Below are positions 54,190-62,556 of a stretch of DNA of 64,000 bases, in pieces. Numbering within the stretch: position 1 is the first letter of the stretch; every line of letters starts with the position of its first letter. The notes beneath the pieces were generated by a model that was not told the origin of the DNA, searched no databases, and was given only the letters and a program-made list of their open reading frames with translations. The stretch lies in the IMG/VR virus record IMGVR_UViG_3300037511_000475, one strand, 5' to 3'. This DNA is from a virus. The position numbers were made by a program, and so were the translations under genes.

Positions 54190-54475
54190 GCGCGATCGCC
54201 TCCAAAACTAACGTTTACCTTTTGCCGCCTGTCGTTATCGGGATCAGCGACCTCCTACCGCTGGCTTTTGGACATAGCCAGAACTGCTTAACGGTGCCCG
54301 TAGCTGTTAACCCGTTACCTAGAGCGCAGTGCCTTAAGATGCTGTTGCGTACTCTCTGGATGGAGGCGAGGGCGGCTCCCTCCTTTCGTGTCGGGCGTGT
54401 GGTGGGTGCTTCACCCTGCCAGCGGCTTAACCGCTCCGCTCAACCTCCATGAATCTAATATCCTACATTTTCATC

Positions 54476-54528
54476 CATACGTCAACACCTAAATATGTGT
54501 TGACGTATGTTTTTTAAGTTGCTAGTAT
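54476..54528. promoter_or_regulatory. back-to-back sigma70-type promoter region with 13-bp inverted repeat
   Basis: CATACGTCAACAC-N8-GTGTTGACGTATG; rightward TTGACG-N17-TAGTAT. Confidence 0.75.
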
Positions 54529-54553
54529 TGGCGTAAGATTTTGGTACTGAGTT

Positions 54554-54790
54554 ATGGATGTATTGATGACCGATAAGCGATCGCAGCCCAGGGTCTACGG
54601 GGAGGTGAAGAAGAAATATCAAATCATGCTGACTCCATCTGCATCTGATCAGCTTGATTCCTTGGCTGAGTTGCTGGGTGCTACACGCTCTGATGTGGCT
54701 GAGCGTGTAATAAGGGCGTTGTACAACACTGGTGATGAGGCGCTGATTCGTGCGTTCCTGGCTCGTGGGGAGGGCGATCGCAATGTATAA
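54554..54790 (+). CDS. ribbon-helix-helix regulator
   Basis: KKKYQIMLTPSASDQLDSLAELLGATRSDVAERVIR. Confidence 0.8.
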   Translation: MDVLMTDKRSQPRVYGEVKKKYQIMLTPSASDQLDSLAELLGATRSDVAERVIRALYNTGDEALIRAFLARGEGDRNV

Positions 54791-55055
54791 AGTTACCCGT
54801 CACCTGAATGATGCGCCTGTGCCTGCTGGCATGGCACGCAATTCACGTTTTACCCACGGTGTAAAGATTCAGCCAGAGCCGCCTATGAGTTATGAGTGGA
54901 GGGTTGAGGAGGTTATCAAAGTAACGGCTACCTATGGTTTTACTGACTGCCTTTACGCTGACTCCTTCACAGTGTTCTGGACTGAGGGCGAAGTTACGGA
55001 TCAAGAGTTAGCCGCAATTAGTAAAGCGTTGGAGAGCGATCGCACCAATGGTTAA
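54783..55055 (+). CDS. hypothetical protein
   Basis: MYKVTRHL... 90 aa. Confidence 0.6.
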   Translation: MYKVTRHLNDAPVPAGMARNSRFTHGVKIQPEPPMSYEWRVEEVIKVTATYGFTDCLYADSFTVFWTEGEVTDQELAAISKALESDRTNG

Positions 55056-55205
55056 ACCTAGTCAATCGGCGTTAGAGAAACTGAATACTTTGCCAAGATT
55101 GCTGCTGGACTGGAACGTGTCAACCAACGACCCGAAATGGGGTGAAATCGTAGACGAAATTACGCGGATCAAGGTTTTAGTTGAAAACATTGGAGGCGAT
55201 CGCCC

Positions 55206-55712
55206 GTGACACCAGAACCAGTTGAAGTGGCAGCAGCAATCGAAGTTGCAGTTAAGTTACTGCAAAGTGTTTTGCCCGCAGGGACAGACGCATGGGTGAC
55301 GGTTGCCAAACTTGAAAACGACGCGTACACCGTAGAAGCTGATTTTACGGATGCAGAAGATTACCTTGAGTGGGCCAACGAAAACTTTGTAGAACACACC
55401 CCAATCACACCACGGGTACAGCAGGACATCGCCCGACAGAAGCATCGCCCAGGGTGCGATCGCCTCCTATCCCTACTACACCAACGCACAGAAAAAGGCA
55501 TCCAAGAATACGGCAGGCCACTCCGAACCAATGATGGACACGATTTCCTGACTCACCTAACCGAAGAATTAGCTGATGCCACGCAATACACCATGGGTGC
55601 ATTGATGGATATGGAGTTACAGGGGGGCGATCGCTCTAAACTCCAACGCATCTACAGCAGCCTACTGGATGCAGCTCTGACCGTTGAAGAAATGCGGATG
55701 AATCGCGAATAA
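55206..55712 (+). CDS. protein with MazG-like all-alpha NTP pyrophosphohydrolase domain
   Basis: RTEKGIQEYGRPL...FLTHLTEELADATQY. Confidence 0.55.
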   Translation: MTPEPVEVAAAIEVAVKLLQSVLPAGTDAWVTVAKLENDAYTVEADFTDAEDYLEWANENFVEHTPITPRVQQDIARQKHRPGCDRLLSLLHQRTEKGIQEYGRPLRTNDGHDFLTHLTEELADATQYTMGALMDMELQGGDRSKLQRIYSSLLDAALTVEEMRMNRE

Positions 55713-55725
55713 AGTTCGCCTGTAC

Positions 55726-55744
55726 TGTATCCTATATCAATACA
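55726..55744. promoter_or_regulatory. operator motif A variant
   Basis: TGTATCC TATAT CAATACA. Confidence 0.65.
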
Positions 55745-55759
55745 CTGGGAGAACCCAAA

Positions 55760-56239
55760 ATGTGTGATGAATCCGAAGAGTTTTACGCGTTGTTGCATCG
55801 AGTGAACTTCAGCAAAAACTGGTTAGCCCTTGATTTATGGATGGCTTCCGAGCTTTGCGACCAGTCCCTAGAAAACGACCACGCTGAAGCCCTTGCAACC
55901 TGGATGTTGGACAGCAAGCAGAGTGACCACGAAGCCATGAAGCAAGCGCTAGGGGTTAATGATTACGGCAAGTTGTTGGTAGAGCGGGCGATCGCTCGGA
56001 TTAATGGAACTACAGAGGCGATCGTTTCTCAGGCTTTTGGGATGGCATCTCAAGCTGTAGAGGATAACGCAACCGTAGACGTTGAGCTGGAAATGTCTAC
56101 CTGTGCCCAGATTGCTTTGTTTATGCATCGGCAATGGCAAGAGGCAGGCACCTCTATGCCTTTCACTGAATGGCTCAACGAGATTATGTGGAGCCAACCG
56201 GGCACGGTTCTAATTACTGAAGCGGAGGGCGATCGCTAA
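55760..56239 (+). CDS. hypothetical protein
   Basis: 159-aa ORF. Confidence 0.7.
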   Translation: MCDESEEFYALLHRVNFSKNWLALDLWMASELCDQSLENDHAEALATWMLDSKQSDHEAMKQALGVNDYGKLLVERAIARINGTTEAIVSQAFGMASQAVEDNATVDVELEMSTCAQIALFMHRQWQEAGTSMPFTEWLNEIMWSQPGTVLITEAEGDR

Positions 56240-56556
56240 TGGCATGGAAATACTGGAAAGGTGAGCATGGGCACTGGTTCATCGAAGACCCCGACTCTGG
56301 CGTCACACTGATGAGCTGCGGCCTATTTGCAGAGCGTGAATGGGTAGCATTGCAAGTGTGCTGCTATCTGAACGGGCAAGGGATGCAGGGGACTTGGTGG
56401 CTAGAACTGCGGGTTGGTGATTACTTCCTTTGCTGCCCTAATCATGGATGTGTCATTGCACATTCACTAACTGATGACATGACAGAGTACCTATCAACAA
56501 ACAAACTCATGCCTCAGATGTTTCGAGGCTTTGAAGATAGAAGCGATCGCCCTTAA
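56239..56556 (+). CDS. hypothetical Trp/Cys-rich protein
   Basis: 105-aa ORF, TAATG overlap. Confidence 0.6.
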   Translation: MAWKYWKGEHGHWFIEDPDSGVTLMSCGLFAEREWVALQVCCYLNGQGMQGTWWLELRVGDYFLCCPNHGCVIAHSLTDDMTEYLSTNKLMPQMFRGFEDRSDRP

Positions 56557-56571
56557 CCACCCACAAACACC

Positions 56572-56946
56572 ATGACTTACACACAAATCAAACCACGGCA
56601 GCCGATCGCCCTCACCCAGAAAAACCTGAAAGCCTACGAATGGATACGCACTTACATGGAGTTGAGTGGAGGGCGATCGCCCTCCGTCCGAGAAATTATG
56701 AAGGGACTCAAACTCAAAAGCCCTGCACCCGTTCAGGCTCATCTACGACGTTTAAGAGAGGCTGGTTACATAACCTGGCTAGACGGTCAGACACGCGCTC
56801 TAAAGCTCACCAATGAGCCAGGGTATGTCATCCCACCCGCTAACGCAGCCATCGTTGCCGCCAAACTGCAAGCACTGGCAAAGCGATCGCCCATCAGAAT
56901 CAAGTCTGAGCTACTGGCGATCGCACAGGAGCTACAAGCCTCTTAA
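56572..56946 (+). CDS. LexA DNA-binding-domain protein without the peptidase domain
   Basis: LTQKNLKAYEWI...SPSVREIMKGLKLKSPAPVQAHLRRLREAGYITWLDGQTRAL; only about 40 aa follow. Confidence 0.88.
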   Translation: MTYTQIKPRQPIALTQKNLKAYEWIRTYMELSGGRSPSVREIMKGLKLKSPAPVQAHLRRLREAGYITWLDGQTRALKLTNEPGYVIPPANAAIVAAKLQALAKRSPIRIKSELLAIAQELQAS

Positions 56947-56986
56947 CCAAGAATTACCTAATTTTCACATTTCCCTATTGTCAAAC

Positions 56987-57005
56987 TGTATTGAAATACA
57001 ATACA
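56987..57005. promoter_or_regulatory. operator motif A (perfect)
   Basis: TGTATTG AAATA CAATACA. Confidence 0.85.
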
Positions 57006-57006
57006 G

Positions 57007-57189
57007 TTGAATTATGGAACACGAAGGAGCGCAAACATGCTGGCAGTCGTAATCGAAAACAAGAACTTTGAAGCTGAAACGATTCTGTTCCCTTACTCTG
57101 CCGATGGTCAGACCATCAAGCAGACGATCGCCGTTCTGTACCCTGGCTACAAGTGGATCGAGACCATCGAGGAACGGACTGCCCTGTAA
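57007..57189 (+). CDS. small hypothetical protein
   Basis: 60-aa ORF; real start may be ATG at 57037. Confidence 0.5.
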   Translation: MNYGTRRSANMLAVVIENKNFEAETILFPYSADGQTIKQTIAVLYPGYKWIETIEERTAL

Positions 57190-57208
57190 CACCCACGGAG
57201 TTTAGTTC

Positions 57209-57343
57209 ATGCCTGAAGATATGCCTGACTTTGCTGCGATCGCTACTGAACTTGTTGAACCGCTGACCGACGAAGAGGTGAAAGAGTTGGAAGCGATCGC
57301 AGATGACGAAGAAGATACGGAAGCGCTGGAATTGATGATTTAG
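57209..57343 (+). CDS. very acidic 44-aa peptide (not in ORF track)
   Basis: MPEDMPDFAAIATELVEPLTDEEVKELEAIADDEEDTEALELMI; 17 D/E, 1 K. Confidence 0.55.
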   Translation: MPEDMPDFAAIATELVEPLTDEEVKELEAIADDEEDTEALELMI

Positions 57344-57610
57344 GGCGATCGCCCAATCGAATCAGGGGTGCATCTCCTCACCCATTACCCCTGAAGGAAT
57401 CATGACACCAACACTATTCAATCTTTTGACCGCAGCCGACAAACGCAATTTTGGCAGCAAGGATTACGAAGTACGCGATCGCCCGCAATTCCCGCTTGAC
57501 CGTGATTACATGACCGGATGGAATAGCAAGAATCTCAGGCTACGGTGCAAAAAGATCTAGATATTTTCCTCAAATAGCAAATACGCTCATGGAGCAAGAG
57601 GTCTAAATAA

Positions 57611-58060
57611 ATGGAGTTAAAAGATTTCTTGGTCAAAAATATCAAAATCCCGTGTGTTTGCAGAAATAGTTACGGGCAAGTAACTAGTACAACCCTGATG
57701 ACGCCTGAAGAATACCACAAGCTAGTTGGCAAAGTAGATTTTCAAGGTAACTGGAAACCTGGCATTAACCTAGCAGGCATTGAGTTGGATAGGGACGATC
57801 GGCGTTATACCGTTTACGACGTTCAGGACACTGGCGACGAAAGAACCACATTAGGCTACGTTTTTAACCCCAAAATGCCCTTTGATTGGAATTCGGATGC
57901 TTACCAGCATGAATTCCAGGATATATACTTCGCTTTCACGGCTGGCAAATCTTACCACGAGGAATTTACTAGCTTAAGCACTTGTATCGCTTTTTTGTAT
58001 TGGTGCAAATCTGGCGAGGTAACAGATTACCCGGTCAATGCTGTAAGGCTAATCCGATAG
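57611..58060 (+). CDS. hypothetical protein
   Basis: 149-aa ORF. Confidence 0.7.
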   Translation: MELKDFLVKNIKIPCVCRNSYGQVTSTTLMTPEEYHKLVGKVDFQGNWKPGINLAGIELDRDDRRYTVYDVQDTGDERTTLGYVFNPKMPFDWNSDAYQHEFQDIYFAFTAGKSYHEEFTSLSTCIAFLYWCKSGEVTDYPVNAVRLIR

Positions 58061-58146
58061 CTATGGACAGTAATTGGTGTTTACAGCCAGTGCGGAACCT
58101 GGGCGATCGCCCCATTGATTGTCGGCACGATGTTGTAAAGGAAATC

Positions 58147-58353
58147 ATGCTTAGATTTTACAAAATTTGTTACGGCTCGATCGCCCTTCCGTTACACGCC
58201 CAGAGCTACAAAGAAGCGATCGCCCTTTCCCGCAAAGACTACGGCGCACCCAACATTCAGCCAACCGAGATCCAGCTTTGGCACGACGGCGAATGGTGGG
58301 TACTGGATTCAGAAACGGAAAAGTTTAGGAGGCAAGGTGCAAACATCAATTGA
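58147..58353 (+). CDS. hypothetical protein
   Basis: MLRFYKICYG... 68 aa. Confidence 0.55.
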   Translation: MLRFYKICYGSIALPLHAQSYKEAIALSRKDYGAPNIQPTEIQLWHDGEWWVLDSETEKFRRQGANIN

Positions 58354-58641
58354 TTTTTTGATCTGGTTGTTGGCGATCGCCTCCTTTGTTTACGTAACCC
58401 GTGAGTTTGCAAAATGAAAGTTTTTCTGTTTGAAACGTTCAAGGTTTGTGCTGGCTCGATTTTGATTGTGTTGCTAGTGGGGGCGATCGCCCCTAGTCCT
58501 TCATCGGATTCAGTTCCAAGTGTTCCGAGTGCAAGAGGTGTTGGATAAGGGCGAAACAGGGTGCGCCTGTAATGCAGCCGAGGCCTGTCTCAAGCCAGGG
58601 TAAATGCAGAGAGTTCTCAACCCAACAACTTCACCAAAACC

Positions 58642-58824
58642 ATGAAAAATACACCCCTAAAACCAGGCGATCGCTTTGTTGCGGTCAATTGCAGCACTTC
58701 ACCCCAATTAGGGACGATCGTACGCCTTCGCCCGGATTATCCCAGTTACTACCATGTCCGATGGGATGACGGCACAGAGCAGCCCTTGCTTTATTACCGA
58801 TTTGTTCAACCTTTCAACAAGTAA
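58642..58824 (+). CDS. small SH3/KOW-like protein
   Basis: LKPGDRFV...GTIVRL...YHVRWDDGT. Confidence 0.6.
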   Translation: MKNTPLKPGDRFVAVNCSTSPQLGTIVRLRPDYPSYYHVRWDDGTEQPLLYYRFVQPFNK

Positions 58825-58842
58825 ACATTACCTAATTCCACC

Positions 58843-59529
58843 ATGAGCAACAACGTTGTACTTGCGATCGCCATTGAAGCAGGCCCAGAGCTTCGGTATA
58901 CCTCCGATAGCCAGAAGCCTGTTCAGAATGCGATCGCCCGGTTCACTGACTACGAAACGGAACACGTCATCAAACTTACCCGTTGGAGTGACGCCCCTTT
59001 GACCGCTGGTGTTATTTCAGGAAGGTTGCACATTGTTTCTAAAAAGGAGAGCGATCGCCCCTACTACGAAATCATTGTTGAAGAGTGTTGGCCCGTTGAA
59101 GGCGAGATTGGCCCGGTTAATGTGGTCAATCTTGCTGGCAGAGTAGGCGGCGATCCTGAAGTTAAATATTTTGAATCAGGAAAGGTTGTAGCCAAGTTCA
59201 CCATGGCTGTAAACCGTAATGGTAAAGATGTGCCTCCTGATTGGGTGAACGTCGAAGCATGGGGCAAGACAGCCGAAACAGTAGGAAATTACTTGCGGAA
59301 AGGTGCGCTGATCGGCGTCCACGGCTCCCTGAAAACTGAATCCTGGCAGGACAAAGAAGGAAATCCACAATCCAAATTAGTGGTGAAAGCGGATCAGTTC
59401 CGCTTCCTGGGCAGCAAGAAGGACAGCGAACAATACCAAGGGCAGGCGGAACAGCGTCAGCCAGCGATGGCAGCCGCAACACCAACGGCTAGACCGTCAG
59501 ATATTGATTACGAAGATATCCCGTTCTAG
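58843..59529 (+). CDS. ssb: single-stranded DNA-binding protein with two OB folds
   Basis: Degenerate N-terminal OB fold; NVVNLAGRVGGDPEVKYFESG...WGKTAE...; C-terminal YEDIPF. Confidence 0.93.
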   Translation: MSNNVVLAIAIEAGPELRYTSDSQKPVQNAIARFTDYETEHVIKLTRWSDAPLTAGVISGRLHIVSKKESDRPYYEIIVEECWPVEGEIGPVNVVNLAGRVGGDPEVKYFESGKVVAKFTMAVNRNGKDVPPDWVNVEAWGKTAETVGNYLRKGALIGVHGSLKTESWQDKEGNPQSKLVVKADQFRFLGSKKDSEQYQGQAEQRQPAMAAATPTARPSDIDYEDIPF

Positions 59530-59557
59530 CGCGATCGCACACATAGGAGAAACTAGT

Positions 59558-59779
59558 ATGCAGCTCCGAAAGGAAAAAGTTTTAGAGCTCTTACGCTCAA
59601 AGGGTTGGAAGCATTTAGAGGTTTCACTTGATGACCTGGATCAGTTGATGGACATTGCAGAAGAGTGCAAGCCGTCAGAACCTGAAATTACGCTTCGAAT
59701 CAAAACCTTACTTGTTCAGCAAAATATCGTAACCGTCAATCAATTTGAAAGAATCCTCAAGTCATCCAATGCCAAGTAA
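59558..59779 (+). CDS. hypothetical protein
   Basis: MQLRKEKV... with AGGAG upstream. Confidence 0.55.
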   Translation: MQLRKEKVLELLRSKGWKHLEVSLDDLDQLMDIAEECKPSEPEITLRIKTLLVQQNIVTVNQFERILKSSNAK

Positions 59780-60242
59780 AGGATTTACGCCACGGGTGAA
59801 GGTGAAGGAGCGATCGCCCGAACCTCAAGGTTGGCACCCGCAACCAGCACCATTGAGCGATCGCGATCTAAAGAAACCTAGACCTATCTGGATTCAAGTT
59901 TCACGCACTGGCCCCGACGGTGAAGAAGTGGTAACAAACACCCACCTAAACATCTCAATCGACAGAGCCCGCAAAAAAGTTCGCGACATCGCTCTCTATG
60001 AATCAGGTGTGCGTCACGCTTACGTACTCGATGGACGGATGCCAGCCAAGTATCTACCTTTTCCTGATGAACTGGCTAAATGGGGCTGCTGCTGGGCTGC
60101 TGGTTGGGCTCCGTCCGACTCAGGGAAAATGCGGGTTTATCTCCCGTCATCAATGGCACAGGAAATGAATTCCCTGGAAGCGATCGCACAACGGATGGAC
60201 GTAGGACTAGAGGCGATCGCAGAAGTTCAAGTTATCCCTTAA
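59769..60242 (+). CDS. hypothetical protein
   Basis: MPSKGFTP... 157 aa. Confidence 0.65.
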   Translation: MPSKGFTPRVKVKERSPEPQGWHPQPAPLSDRDLKKPRPIWIQVSRTGPDGEEVVTNTHLNISIDRARKKVRDIALYESGVRHAYVLDGRMPAKYLPFPDELAKWGCCWAAGWAPSDSGKMRVYLPSSMAQEMNSLEAIAQRMDVGLEAIAEVQVIP

Positions 60243-60266
60243 GCAAAAATCACCTAATTCCGAGAT

Positions 60267-60464
60267 ATGCAGAAACGCAAAAGAATTCCAATCTCATGGC
60301 AGCACATCAAAGCCTCCTTTGAATGGTTTCAGTTCCTGATTGCTGTTTATCTCCTGCTTGCCTTTGGTGTCGCCACTGTTCACCCGGTTGTGATTGGCAT
60401 CCCTCAATTCATCGCCGTCTACGTAGCTGCTGCGATCGCCGCTACTCTTGAAAACCGAAAGTAG
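60267..60464 (+). CDS. small membrane protein
   Basis: Basic N-terminus and two hydrophobic segments. Confidence 0.55.
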   Translation: MQKRKRIPISWQHIKASFEWFQFLIAVYLLLAFGVATVHPVVIGIPQFIAVYVAAAIAATLENRK

Positions 60465-60499
60465 CGATCGCCCTCCAACCCACAACATCACCTAATTCT

Positions 60500-60793
60500 A
60501 TGATTTGGCCTTTCAAGCGCAGAAACATCAACGCCGAAATCCTGGGAGTGCTGCACAACCAGGAATTAGACGCACTCGGCGTCAAACGGGTATTGAACCT
60601 CTTTAGCCCTCCCTATACAGCACTGTACAACCTCGAAAAGGCCGGACTAATTGAAAGCCGCTGGAGCGATCGCCGTCTACCCATACGCGGCTACGCCCGT
60701 GCCCGTTACTATCGGCTCACCCAGAAGGGCATGAAAGAACCAAGATTGTACAGGACGTGCGATTGGCTCCCATGGGGCTTTCAAGGGTTCTAG
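60500..60793 (+). CDS. PadR-like winged-helix regulator
   Basis: EILGVL...YTALYNLEKAGLIESRW...RARYYRLTQKG. Confidence 0.8.
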   Translation: MIWPFKRRNINAEILGVLHNQELDALGVKRVLNLFSPPYTALYNLEKAGLIESRWSDRRLPIRGYARARYYRLTQKGMKEPRLYRTCDWLPWGFQGF

Positions 60794-60877
60794 GCGATCG
60801 CATCCCGAATCTGTAAATAGTAAAATTAGCTAATTCTTGAAGTTTCGCAATCGTCGTAAATGCACAGGAGGAATCAA

Positions 60878-61150
60878 ATGGTTCAGTTTTACTCAGAGTA
60901 CAATGCAGCCCAATCGCGACACGAAAAAGCTTGCAGAGAAGCCAATGCGGCAGATCCCGACTATCGCAAATCCTTACATCAATCCATTGCCGAAAAACTC
61001 GCATCTGAGGGAGCGCAGGCAATTGACGAATACGAGCAAAAAACAAAAGCAATGCCCATTCGGAGTTTGATCGATGCTGACTCTCGTAGCATTCGATGGG
61101 GTATTGTCAAAAACGCCAGAAGAATCTTAGCTGGACACTCCCAACAATAA
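60878..61150 (+). CDS. hypothetical protein
   Basis: MVQFYSEY..., AGGAGG upstream. Confidence 0.65.
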   Translation: MVQFYSEYNAAQSRHEKACREANAADPDYRKSLHQSIAEKLASEGAQAIDEYEQKTKAMPIRSLIDADSRSIRWGIVKNARRILAGHSQQ

Positions 61151-61250
61151 ACAGCCCTCACCCACAAAATCACCTAATCTCAGGATTAGATATTTTCCCG
61201 TCTGCACCGGGTTGTAGTGCGATCGCCAGTGCAGATAGGGCGATCGAGTT

Positions 61251-61565
61251 TTGGAGGATGAAAAGATGGAACTTGAACGGATTGCAAAAGCTTTAGTTTT
61301 TTCGTCCTTTTTCGCCAAGTATTGCATTAAAGATGCACTCCCAGCTAAGCCAAGGAATGGAGATTTTGTTTACGAATGGACTTCTATCCGAACACCTCCC
61401 TATTTAGACAAAGTAGGAATTCTTGTAGAGATGAATACCATAGAAACTTTAGACGGAAGAATTATTCATTGGGAAAACGCCAGCTTTCGGCGAATACCCG
61501 AATCATTTGCATACCAAAATGAGTTACTAGACCTTGAAGATCCAAACGATATTTCGCGCGCCTAA
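61251..61565 (+). CDS. hypothetical protein
   Basis: 104-aa ORF followed by terminator at about 61588-61618. Confidence 0.55.
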   Translation: MEDEKMELERIAKALVFSSFFAKYCIKDALPAKPRNGDFVYEWTSIRTPPYLDKVGILVEMNTIETLDGRIIHWENASFRRIPESFAYQNELLDLEDPNDISRA

Positions 61566-62070
61566 CCCTAAAACACCAAACCACACGCGCCCCTGGCTCA
61601 CAACCAGGGGCTTTTTCATGCCCGATCGCCCTCAACACCTGAAAAGCGCTCTGCAAAAGCTTTTCCGAAGAAAAGAAGAACGGCGATCGCGCCGCCAAAA
61701 AAAATCTTTTTCCTCTTTTGCCATATACTCAAATGCTTATATAGCAATACTTTTAAACTGCTTTATAGCTACATAGCGATGAAAACTGGAAATAGATGGC
61801 TAACGAAGAAATGGCGATCGCAGCCCCAGCTAGAAAAACGGTGCATGAAATTGCCACGGTAGAATGCGGGTTCTGTCTTGCACTATGCCGCCATATACGC
61901 AAATAACTAAATAGCTATTTAATCATTAATTATTAGGTGATTTAGTCATATAGGAATTGAGCGATGGTGATTGCGGGTGGAGGGCGATCGCGCCCATGTC
62001 TTATCCCTTAAAGGGATTGACAATCCTTTTAAGGGATAAGACAATAGTTGTAGTGAGTTGGATTAAGGCA

Positions 62071-62556
62071 ATGCAGATTTCAGTTGATGATATGCGCGGT
62101 GCGGGCAAGGCTGGGTATGTGGCAAAGATTGGCGATCGCTTTGAGAAGCATTTCTTGACTGCTGCTGAATATTCCGGTCATGGTGCGAGCCGCAAGACCG
62201 TGACTTATGAGATCTCCGAAGATGGCGTGTATGAAGTGTGTGACGCCAACTATGGAGCCCGCAAGCGCAAAATCAGCTTCCTGGTTGTTAAAAATGGGCA
62301 GTGCGTTTTTGAGTCGGAAAAGCTTGATGACGCTTACCGCCATTTCGATGTGTTGACGGGGAGGCTGGAAGCATGGGCGACCGATGGTGATGTATTGCCT
62401 GAGTTGGAAGGATCCCCTAAGCAGATTGCATGGGCTGTAGATATTCGCTCTAAGGCGATCGCCGGTGGATTGCCTACAGCTAAAGCCGCAACCGTGACAT
62501 CCGCTAAGGCCTGGATTGACAACCGTTCTAAGCTTGCCAAGTATGGGGTTCGATAA
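62071..62556 (+). CDS. hypothetical protein with LPELEGSxKQIAWA..IR..WIDNR domain
   Basis: ATG at 62071; C-terminal motif recalled from phage/ICE proteins. Confidence 0.7.
   Translation: MQISVDDMRGAGKAGYVAKIGDRFEKHFLTAAEYSGHGASRKTVTYEISEDGVYEVCDANYGARKRKISFLVVKNGQCVFESEKLDDAYRHFDVLTGRLEAWATDGDVLPELEGSPKQIAWAVDIRSKAIAGGLPTAKAATVTSAKAWIDNRSKLAKYGVR

Noticed and set aside
54250-54450. c-di-GMP-I riboswitch partnering the EAL gene
   Set aside because: Conserved GGCAAA / GNRA / GACGCAAAG elements not found; kept only as a generic structured RNA candidate
61900-61932. XerC/D dif-like or protelomerase site
   Set aside because: Arms match dif poorly, the palindrome is only 14 bp, and no recombinase or protelomerase gene is present
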